DNA of 63,932 nucleotides, counting the filler, from Octopus bimaculoides (Eukaryota), in assembly GCF_001194135.2 (NCBI RefSeq). It is 4 parts of 4 records of this genome, joined end to end, with 100 filler letters (N's around TTAATTAATTAA, not from the genome) between each part and the next. Parts side by side here need not be neighbours in the genome. Positions count along the whole stretch, not along the records: positions 1 to 29,363 come from NC_068981.1; 3 more parts are not named here. One strand, given 5' to 3'. Of the stretch, positions 1 through 10,699 are shown in pieces. The notes below the pieces were generated by a model, which saw only the letters and a program-made list of their open reading frames with translations, made no database searches and was not told where the DNA came from. The position numbers and the translations under genes were made by a program. Numbering within the stretch: position 1 is the stretch's first letter; each line of letters begins with the position of its first letter.

Positions 1-7
1 GGGATTA

Positions 8-864
8 GTGGAGGGGCGGTACGACAACGATCTCGGGGCGAACGTGGGCGTCGACGAGGAATACCTGACCCGCCTGTTCAAGACGACTTTCGGGCTGAGA
101 CCTATGGACAACTTCCAGAGATCCCTGGCCTGGCAGTGCTATCAGGAAGCGCTACTCGTTCGGGATAAGTTCTACAGGCATGGCTCGAGAAACACGGGGC
201 CGACCTGCCCGAGATGCGGACAGAGCGACGAAACCGTTCTGCACGCACTCGTACAGTGTCAAACCATTTCCGACCTGTGGGCTTATGTCAAACGACTGCT
301 ATCGCGTGTGGGACGAGTCAGTTTATCAGCCGAGTCTATCGTGAATATTGTCGCGCATCCTTCCTTGAAACGGGAGGGAAGAGCCATTTTCATCGTACTT
401 GTGGCAATGGCGAAAGAATGCTTCCTTTCCACAAGAAGCGGAAGAGAATTCGTTCCAGTTTGGTGATAGTAGGGTCGGGACAAGGCACGATGGTCAGGCG
501 GCGGTAGTAGATGACGGACACAATGTACGTGTTCACCACCTCCGCCCAACCTTTTAAGGATAGTTTCCTCTCGGCCCATTGCCGGGCAAGAGTAGCAACC
601 CCACTCGTTATCTCTTCCCAGTTTTCCGTTTGGAGTCCGGACTAAACCAGACCCCGAGCAACAAGACCGAACCTTCTGAAAGGTCTAGAAACAAACACTT
701 TCCTCTCTGGTGAATCTCTCATCAACTTTTTCAAGTATCACTTGAAGAAGAAAGTAAGAGTAGAGAGGGAAGTTCTGTCTACTGAATGCTTGAAGAAAAG
801 ATGGGCGAATGTAGCAAGGATGGCACGTGTAAATGACGGAGCCACCTTGAGCATGACCATATGA
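8..864 (+). pseudogene. L1/Tx1 ORF2 C-terminal (zinc-knuckle) region, interrupted
   Basis: Manual translation of 8-420 and 676-864, separated by an inverted segment. Confidence 0.8.
421..675 (-). pseudogene. Inverted piece of the same LINE ORF2 (post-RT region)
   Basis: Minus strand reads LLGVWFSPD../ENWEEITSGVATLARQWAERKLSLKGWAEVVNTYIVSVIYY../LTIVPCPDPTITKLERILFRFLWKG, typical of the L1/Tx1 region after the RT core. Confidence 0.8.
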
Positions 865-1168
865 ACCAGAAAAAAGGTAAAAAGAGAGTCACTTACTCTA
901 ATGTGTTTTTCTGCATGACATTATTGGCCAAGGTTACCGTGGTCTTTTCCGTCGGCTTTTCTTCCCACGGATAAACCTAATCTGTTTCCCCCTTTACACC
1001 ATGACATTTCTGTGATACACGATTCCTATTGATCGTTTTTTTACGATCCCTTTTGATCAAAAATCTACCCCCACCTTTTTTTCCTTCCTTCTCCTCTCCC
1101 AAACGAAAAGTTCTACTTTGTAACTTGTCTCCTCTGTGTTCAACCCTGTGTGGCTATTAAAAAAAACA

Positions 1169-1228
<60 letters not shown>
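1169..1228 (+). repeat. (TATC)n microsatellite
   Basis: Direct read. Confidence 0.98.
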
Positions 1229-3360
1229 CAACTTTCTATCTGTATGTGTATGTGTGTGTGTCTGTCGGTCTGTTTGTCTGTCTCTTTGTCTGTCACGCTT
1301 CTCCCCTCTCTCTACATATATAATACTCACAGGTAAATATTCATTAACTATATGTTGCTCCCGTTGCTTACATGCATAAACTGTATTTAAACTTCGAAAC
1401 CTATTGTAACAAACTAGTGAAAGTTAATGTCTTGATCTTGGACACTCCAGAGCTGCAGGGAAAGAATACAACCTATTAATTCTTTGACTAGTAACCTGAG
1501 ACTATATTAATTCACTCATATCCAACTCACCGCACAAACTTATATTATTAAATATGAAACTATTCACAAATTTCGCACAAATAAAATATAGAAAATCAAT
1601 AGTGAATAGTTTTGACACTTATTGTTTGAATATGTCGTCACTTCCAGTGAAATGGAATCAATCACTCCATTTATTATTGATTTATTAGCTCTGTTTCAAA
1701 TCTGTCCTTATAATGATATTTATAGCAGTGTAAATTTGAAGAATTGATGTAAAGCAGCGTGTATAGCGTAAGCTCAGAATTTGGATGCAAAAATTGTACT
1801 GAAGATTAAAACAACACCATTTGCATTTATCAATACATTTTGTGAGCCCCAAATGTCATTCAAAGCAATTGGATTTATCGCAATAAAGTAACTTGATTGA
1901 TAGGTTCCCTAACTTTCACTTTTTGCTTATGTTTTTCTTTTGACTGAATTGGGAATTAGCTGCGTTGACGATAGTAAGGTCCACTTTCATGCATCAGACT
2001 ACTTTCATCCTTCAGACAAACCTTTGTCTGAAGCTCATCGGTGCCGAGCTCATCGATGAATGCATGAACTCATTGGTACTATTGTCCTAACAAACGTATA
2101 GTATCATATTGGTATAGATTCTACAACATCTATAGATTGGCAATTTAAACCAGCACAGAAAAATTATATATACCTGAAATAATCAACACAAATTTTATTT
2201 CATTGGCATATATATTTATGTAGGTCTCTTGCAGGTTTCGACGAACGTCAGTCAACTTGTAACCTTAATGTATTATTTAGGCAGACTCATTGCAACATTG
2301 TATTTGACAAAGTTGGTCTTTTGTGGCCAGCTCAAAGGACTCTACAGAATAGAAGCTTCACCGGAACTTTACTATTTTGAGGTGAACATCTTAACCCAGA
2401 ATAATTGTTTCTATTCCTATTGCGATTTTAATATTTCATGTAGCAAATGTATTGAAAGATTAGTTAGTTTTTCTAGCCGCAACGGAAGAGTTAAACTCCA
2501 TAATGTAAGATGAGGAAACGAACATGTTTTATAATGGTTCTGCCTCTTTCTCTGTTGGCATGGGATTGGCCTGCGGTGCCAATTTGTTTTAAGAAAAGTC
2601 ATTGCAGTTGACGAGTAAACTGACTCAACCTCCAGAATTGCCTGGCATTTTATCAACTTGATAATACACAATTTGAAGAGTGCAGATAAAAATGTTTTCT
2701 GTGTCTGTCTGTCTGTCTACCCCCATCAAACTTTCCCTCTCTCGCGCGCGTACATGTTTAGATGAACATATGAACACATACGCACACATCAGTGTTAGAA
2801 TGTATGTGTTGATGAATTTTCTAGTAAAATATTCGTAGAAATGCAACTCGATTAAAAATGGACACCCAAGTAGTCGAGGCTTCGTAATTGAATATATATT
2901 GGCAGTTCCTGAGAATGAAAAACTGCCTTCGTTAACACACAAACATCTGTTACTATTTCAAAGATGTTATCTTTCTCTGATGTCAGTTTGCTGAGATTAC
3001 CTAGTCTTTATTAGACTTTTATGAGAGATACCAGGTCAAGAGATCTTTACTTTCATCAACATACAAAAACATTTATCTAATTATTTAAATAATCTCTACC
3101 GATATTTCAAGAAATTCATCTATTGATAAGTATAGCAACGGAAATATTAATGATACCGATGACGAAAATGATGAAGATGATAAATGGCAACAGCAAAAAC
3201 AACAATAATACTGTTTTCTATTAAAATTATTACATTTTAGCAGGAGGTGGATTGCTAAAATCGATAGAATGGTAGGCCAAATACGTCTTTTTTGTTTCTA
3301 AATTGAAAGATTTATGGGTTTCACGGGATAAGAAAGGCACCAGTTAAGTACTGTGACCAA

Positions 3361-3505
3361 ATCATTCTGTTGAAGAGCGTAGCTCGAAACGTTAAAGACT
3401 TTCCGTATTCCTGAGCGTCATACTAATACATCCTTTTGTTGTTTACACCACCTGTCCTCGTCTGTTATTGTTTTTTTTTCGTACATTCTCCCATATATAT
3501 AACAT
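3361..3505 (+). mobile_element. Penelope-like terminal repeat fragment with degenerate hammerhead motif
   Basis: CTGTTGA-A-GAGC-GTA-GCTC-GAAA-CGTTA followed by ~110 bp homologous to 30510-30630 (minus). Confidence 0.6.
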
Positions 3506-4172
3506 GAAGGGATGTAACTAAATACCGCAAAGCATTTTGTCCGAATATCTATCAATTCTGCTAGATTTCTGGTCAAACTATGGGAGTAACCGATTCGAAC
3601 ACAACAAAAGTAAATTAATCGGAATTAAAAGAACGCTTGTAATAAGAGATGCTTGCGAAAAAGCAAAGAATATGTCATTATGAAAAGCTAAAATTTTCAA
3701 CAAAGCTTGACGATTGCAGCACTAATAGCTAAACAAAAGTAGATGTGGAATTTGTGAGCTAGGAATAGGCTGTGCCAATTCATATAGAGGGGTTAAGCGT
3801 CCTGTTATTGTGTTAAGGAACATGCTTTTAAACGATATATCCATCCTAAAAGAAATGAAGAAATGATCTCAAAATAAATATCAAGAAACAGTGATAATCA
3901 CAATGCAGGGATTAAAAACATGTCCCCGCAGTAATAGATGGATTAGGAATTATAAAAACATTATGCAGGCCATAGCTTACATTCACAGTATATGGCAGTG
4001 CACAAATAAATTATGTAGAGCACTTTTGATGCAGTGGTATAACACAAAAACAAGACAAAACATGCACTGCTCAGACAGTGTTGCATTTAGGTATGCCGTG
4101 AAAACTAAAAATTAATATCACAATATTACTGGTATGTGATAATATCTGGGATGAGGTAATGAGCAGGGTGAG

Positions 4173-4410
4173 ATGAAATATGTCATAAATAACAGTGACA
4201 AACGAAATATACACCGCCGATAATTGTTGTTGACAAACAACGGCAGTAATTTTATTCAGCTGAATACACGTCATTGATTGGTTGGAATTACCGAAATACT
4301 ACTTTAACACGAAACAACTTTGAAAATATAAAGTTTTCTCAACAACACTAAGAGTAAAAGATGTTTTATATGACACATTCTACCAGTGTCCGAAGCTTGA
4401 AAGTATTTAC
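4173..4410 (+). mobile_element. Non-autonomous interspersed repeat (same family as 17900-18460 and 36902-37253)
   Basis: Shares atgtcataaataacag / gattggttg(g/a)aattaccgaaatac / aaagatgttttatatgacacattctaccagt blocks with the other copies. Confidence 0.75.
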
Positions 4411-4717
4411 TTACAAAAAATTAATTTCTCCATCTGCCGTTCAAAGGGAAAAGATCTAGTGAAATATTTAAGATTTCAAAATAATGACTTTTAAAACAAA
4501 AATCGATGCAAAATAAGAATTATGAACTGTAATATTAATATGTGATACATAAACAGTAAAATGGAACTACCTGCGGGTAGGTAAGCCATTTCATTCTCAT
4601 TTTTATTATATTATAATTCATCGGATATATGTTCTATGTACCCCGATGTATTGTTTTGTCTGTTTTTGTTTTGTCCTTTCTTTATTGGGGCCTTGTACCT
4701 AATTAAAGAAATCAGAA

Positions 4718-4870
4718 TTGTTAGCACGTCGGAGTAAATGCTGAACGGCATTTCCTCTGCCTCCTCACGTTCTCAGTTCAAATTCGCTGAGGTCAAACTT
4801 CATGCTGTTTTTTTGGGGTGGGGGTCGATAAATTTAGTTCCAGTTGAGCATTCGTGTCTATATAATCGAC
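4718..4870 (+). mobile_element. Degenerate SINE, family B
   Basis: gttagcacgtcgg...aaatgctgaacggcatttc...gttctcagttcaaattc matches the copy at 54108. Confidence 0.6.
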
Positions 4871-5139
4871 AACCTCATTGCCACTAAAATTGCTCTTTTG
4901 TGCTGAAATTAGAAAGAATTAGAAAGTTGCGTTGCGTCTATGCCATTCTTCTTAGCACCAAATACTCTTACCATCGTATTTATGAGAATTTGGTAATGGA
5001 ACTCCACTCAATCTGTTGAAAATAATAGCCCAAACTCTCTCAATTCACTTCCTTAAATCAACTTATTTAGAATAATGATTTATGATTTATGAACAAGGCC
5101 TGAAATATTGAGTACAACGTTTTGTCGATTCCATTGACC

Positions 5140-5270
5140 TCCATTACTTGGCTGGTACTTTATTTTATCGACCGTGGAAGGATGAAAGGCAAAGTTGATC
5201 TGATCAAGATATGAACTCGGAATGGAAATAACTCAAAAAAATATCGCAAAGGATTTATTTCGACACTAGG
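5140..5270 (-). mobile_element. Degenerate SINE fragment, family B
   Basis: ggtactttattttatcgaccgtggaaggatgaaaggcaaagttga is the reverse complement of the family core. Confidence 0.6.
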
Positions 5271-7828
5271 AAATTTTTTCTATTCATATACAAACAGCGG
5301 GATTGTTGTAGTGGGATCGACTCCCGTACCTCGGACTAAGACAGCGAACTTGCTCAGCTACAAGCGTATTTTAAAATAACGAGTATCTAATTATTCTAAT
5401 TATATGCTGATAGATATTTCAACAAAAGACAACGGTAGTTCTATTTGAAGAGTGTTAGCGTTAAGTGAAACATTGCATCTATTGGGATTTGAATCTTACT
5501 CATAGATTTAAATCTTAACGCTTGGTATACAACGCTAAACAAAAATTCTTACAATTAAAATATTACTTACTCGTTAATTGGTCTCCATATTTCAGATAAC
5601 AAGTTGTATGTTTGCAAAGGCATCCAGCAAATAACGAAAAGACATACGACAACCAGCAACATTTTGACGACCTAAAAAGGAAATTTTAACTTTGAATCAA
5701 ACATTAAAAAATATAGGAATGTTTGGATATTTCCTGCTACTACTGAGCAATAGTAATCTGAATAAATGTTTTAAAGCAATCGGGAGTTCCAGATGATGAG
5801 TTCGTGAATTCAAAATGAAGCTATAGACAATATGTTAACAACATAGTTTACCACTTCAGTTAAATTGATTATACACATGAGAAAAGAGCGAGTTCATTTC
5901 ATTTTATTTTATTGTTTGAATTGTAGAACCTTGTCTGTGAGGGGGATTTGATTCTCAGCGTTATCTGCAGTTAGTTTTGCTTTCATTCTCATCAATATGA
6001 AACATATAGCATCTTTGAAGATGCTTTTTTTTTCATCTTGCTATAACATAGTATATAAGAAAATAAGTAAACTGAATATTAAATTAAATACACATATATT
6101 CATCAAAACTCACAAGTGATATCAATAATCCACAGAAATCAGTCTCCACATCAGATAACTACACTCAGCCACCATACTACTTATAAATCTTAGAAGAAGG
6201 AGCCTGTACAAGGGCTCTAAGTAGGAATTTGAACTCAGAACATAAAGAGCCGGAGGAAATGCCACTAAGCGTTTTCTCCGACGAACCTTCCTTGATGTCT
6301 TAAAAAGGATAATGTAGTTTCAGATACACAATGTGGAAAAAAAAATCATTGCTTGATGCCGTCGTCACGATTGCCATGTACACTGATTAACACCAGCAAT
6401 AACAAATACAGTAAATCAACACTCCTGTGTTTTGCAATCATTTCTATAAGTATTTTTAAAGGATTTTTCATTATGCAACGACGTAATGTGAATCAAAGGA
6501 CTCGAATAATATCTTTAGAAGGGTAAGTTGCTGAATACTGGTCTTGACATAGGTGTCATTGTTCCAGCAGCAAAGAAAGATGTGTTATATTAGGTTCTTG
6601 ACGTGATAATACAACTACTGGTTCTCTGTTCAATAGAACAGTGTTTATTTGTTGGTTTAAAGAATAGTCCTTTTGGTATACGTCTGGAACATTTTTGGAG
6701 CTAGACGTTGAGCAGTTAGTGTCTAATAGCTTAAGGATTAAATAGGTAAAAATATATACTTGTGAAAGAATTGTCGGTAATTTAGTAGTGCACAAGACTT
6801 GAGGAGCCAATCAAAGTAGGTAATGAGAAGCCAATGGGTGGCTATTGCTGTATCAGCATGAGTTCTATAAGAAACCACCCCGATACTATCGAGGTGTATA
6901 TTTGGCACAGTCAAGCGATTAACTTTATTGTAAATATTTTCCAAAATGTGTGTGGATTTTAAACTTGGAGAGAAGAACTGAGTTCAGAGGAGACAATCTA
7001 AGTTATAACTTTGACAGGCGCTTCTAACTTAGAATTAACTTCAAACTAAGTTAGAATCTAAGTTTTCGATCACTGTCTCATACCCTCCACCCACACAAAA
7101 AAAAAACCCAACCCGCTATGGTGATTTATTAGTATAAGGCTACCAAATATATTAAAAATTATGCAGTATTATAGGAAAGCCGGAGAGGTTATAAATTAAA
7201 GATCTTTATTCCTGCTTTGATATTTAATTTATAGGTTTTTATGGAACAAATTTTTAAAATAGGAAGGTAATATATTTTAAGTACATTTCACTGAAAAGTC
7301 ATATCGGATATATGTAACTATCTTCGCTTACGTTTCCTGATATATATCACTGAAGGAGTTGTATATTTTATGAACGATATTTTGGTTTGTAGCTCCCTCC
7401 CTGTGTGATAAAGCCTTAATAACATAGTTGAGTGGCCTGTAAATAGTTACAAATACATCTATGCTGAAACCAATGATTTCAAGCGTGTATTAATTTTTCT
7501 TAACTCTTCGCTAGACGTAAGATTTATGTGAAAAACAGTCAAAAGTTATTGAGAAAAACAGAAAGAGTAATCTGAAATCATCTAAATTAATTCCCATTAA
7601 CAAAGTAGTTCCTTCCACTGACTTCCACAATCAATCAAATAGTAACATCAACATAAAAGGTCAACTCGTAGAAAGTGAAGTAGACAGAAAAATGGAACGT
7701 ATCCAATAAGAAGGCCAAGCTTACACTAAGCGACAAACGTTAAAGAACTAACAATATATAATATAAGATTTAACACAAGTTTTCGAAAACACATTTCGCA
7801 AAATATTACGATATAATATCACGTAGGA

Positions 7829-10643
7829 CAGGGGTCGGTAACCTGCGACCCGCGAAGGGATTTTGATCGGCCCGTGAGAACTGATGCCCAATGAGTTGTT
7901 TATTTAAAATTTAAATCTATTCTAATATGAGAGACAACACTTTCGAATACAATAAAAGGCCTGCTGTTACATTCTTCCACAAATCTTCTGATCCACTCTA
8001 CCCAATGTCCATCACCAACCGGATGTGAACGCTTTGACAGCAAAACCACAATTAAAAAAAAATTCGTCGGGTACGCAGGGCTCTGCACATTATTTCCGTT
8101 CACAGAACACAACAAAATAAAAACAATAATAATAATAACAATACAATTCCGAAACATTTCTACCCAATCACCACCATTCCTGCGTAAAAATTAAAACAAA
8201 AAACTGAAAGCCGACTTGAGCCTGTCAACGGACATAAAAAGACTGTCTCAAAGGGACAATTGTCTCAGTCGGCGTACTGCCTTCACTCTGTCAACGGTGA
8301 CGCCCCATCTCTGATTCGTGAAACCAACAACAGCTTACCCCCATTTTCACTCATTTTCTCAAACTCGAATTCTTCATTGGGTTCTGTTATATTACACATC
8401 TCTTCTCCAACAAGAGACTTTAACTCATTTATCTCATTATTGTATTTTCAAATAATATGTTTATTGTTATCATTTAGAATCTCATTTGTTTCTTCTTCTT
8501 GTCCTTGCCACCATACCTATTTCCGCCTTTGTCTTCATCGTCCTCACCATTATCATTATCACCCATATTATACAAGTTATAAGCCATAACCAACTCGTAT
8601 TATTACAATTGCAATATGAGAGACAATGCTTTCGAATACAATAAAAGGACTGCCATTAAAAAAATAGAATTATTCAGATGTAAAATTTTAAATTCAAATT
8701 TTATTCGTAGGAAAAGTTTTCGATGATCATGAATGCAAAACGAAGAAAGATAGCTGCTGATTGCTGAATTTTCCAAGGAACTTGGACATTAGGTTACTTC
8801 TTCATTGAGCACAGTGCGAACCCGATTTGTCTCATATGTCCAGAAAGCATTGCTGTGAATAAGGTAGCAAGTATTATGCGGCATTACGAGACGCACCATT
8901 GTCAAAAGTTTAGGACAAGCAAGGAAAGATGAGGTTGAGCTGTTGAAGTCTAGTTTTGGAAAACGAACGTCATTTTTTAAAAACAGAAAAGGCGAAAATG
9001 TGGCAAACACAATTGCCAGCTGTGAAGTCTCAAAACGCATTGCTGAAAAAAAGAAACCTTTTACAGATGGTAATTTTTTTAAAAGACTGCTTATTGGCCG
9101 TGTTGGATATTGTTTGTTCAGGAAAAAGTCTTTATTTGAAACTGTCAGCCTGTCTCCGAGGACGGTTACGCGGCGGTTGAAGAAATGTCAGTAGATATTA
9201 AAAATCAATTAATAAACGCCTGCAGTGAATTAGAATATTTTTTAATTGCAATCGATGAGAATACAGTCTTAAGTGACACTGCACAACTTGCTGTCTTTGT
9301 GCGAGGTGTGACTTCAACTTTTCAGATCTTTATTCAGATAATTCATGTGAAAGAAACCGTAACAGGAGCAGACATCATTGAAGCTTTGTTGGAAATGATA
9401 TTAGAAATGAAGTCTGATTTTTCGAAGCTAATTGGCATCACAACTGATGGTGTCCCAGTAATGGTAGGACAAAGAAAAAAAAAGGTTTTGCTGCACTACT
9501 TCAAGAACATGTAGGAATCCTTGAAATCACACAACACAAACATGTTAAAATTCATTGCATTATCGATCAAGAGATATTGTGTGCCAAGTCTTTGAAATTT
9601 AAGAATGTTATGGATATTGTTTTGAAGGCCATAAATCTGATCCTATCACGTGGATTAAATTATCGTCAATTTAAACAGTTTTTGCTAGACTAAGGCAGAA
9701 TAGGTGACCTTGCTTATTTCTGCGATGTACGCTGGCTTAGCCGAGGATCAATGTTAAAAAGAGTACTTGCCTCACACAAAGAGTTGGCGATATTTCTCGA
9801 AAGCAAACATGTGGATAGTTTACATTTTCGAAATCCTAATTGGTTTGCAACTTTAGCATTTATTGTGGATATCGTGGCTCATTTAAATAACTTAAATTTA
9901 CAACTTCAAGGTAAAACTCAGCTCGTAAATGAAATGTATAACTATATTGTTGCTTTTGAAAAAACGCTGCAGTTGTGGGAGCATCAACTTTGAAATAAAA
10001 ATTATGCGCATTTTCCATCACTTCAAGGAAGGAAACCACAGGATTCAGAAGTATTTGTGAATATAATCTAGGATATGAGAAATGAATTTGCATCACGTTT
10101 TGCTGACTTTCGTCTGCATGCAAATCAGTTTAAATTGTTTGCTACACCATTTGATGTGGAGATGGAGACAGCATCAGAATGTTTTCAAATGGAATTGATT
10201 AATATGCAGTGTGACGATTTATTGAGATCTAAATTGCATTCTAAAGATATTTCATTGATTGACTTTTATGCAAAATATATTTTTCCAAGTGGGAAGTATA
10301 CCAAGTTAGGGAATCATGCAAAAAAGTTGGCATCTTTGTTTGGAAGCACTTATCAGTGTGAGCAATTATTTTCCAAACTGAAGCAAACTAAGAACAATTT
10401 GAGAACAAGTTTAACTGATAATCATCTTGATAATAACTTGCTCTTGGCATCAACAAGTTTGAAGCCTAATATTACTACATTCATCTGTAGTTAATTCAAA
10501 TTATTTTTAAGTAGTCAACACTCGTGATTAAATTTTAACTTGTGTAATTTTACATAATTATTCTTTTATGGTCTTCGTCCAGCCCGCTATCCGTCATTAA
10601 TACTCGATCCGGCCCGTGGAGGCAAAAAAGTTGCTGACCCCTG
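7829..10643 (+). mobile_element. hAT DNA transposon (Charlie/Buster/SPIN-like group), near full length, 2815 bp
   Basis: TIRs CAGGGGTCGGTAAC / GTTGCTGACCCCTG; 8-bp TSD ACGTAGGA (7821-7828) / ACGTAGAA (10644-10651); internal transposase remnants. Confidence 0.92.
8729..10494 (+). pseudogene. hAT transposase (GTF2IRD2/SPIN-like), multiple stops and frameshifts
   Basis: N-terminal zinc finger PICLIC...RHYETHH, IAIDE, ITTDG, RWLSRG, and dimerisation motif LFGSTYQCEQLFSKLK. Confidence 0.9.
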
Positions 10644-10699
10644 ACGTAGAAAATATCGTTATCGTCGGCTCTCCGTCGTAGGTTGACGTTGACTGTTCT

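Larger units (their letters stand above)
1..1168 (+). mobile_element. Tx1/L1-clade non-LTR retrotransposon, 3' portion (ORF2 C-terminus, 3'UTR, A-tail)
   Basis: ORF 8.. carries the CCHC knuckle CPRCGQSDETVLHALVQC. Coding resumes at 676-864 (LKGLETNTFLSGESLINFFKYHLKKKVRVERE...KRWANVARM...*). The element ends in an A-run at ~1158-1166 abutting (TATC)n. Confidence 0.85.

Noticed and set aside
2010-2033. Perfect 11-bp hairpin CTTCAGACAAA-CC-TTTGTCTGAAG
   Set aside because: Isolated, with no hammerhead or terminator context; one such stem is plausible by chance in 64 kb.
2235-2381. 147-nt AG..GT-bounded open segment; another frame reads CNIVFDKVGLLWP, like a class B GPCR hormone-binding motif
   Set aside because: The GPCR-like frame hits a stop before the donor and lacks the conserved Cys-Trp; the open frame has no recognisable similarity. 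Not supportable without RNA-seq.
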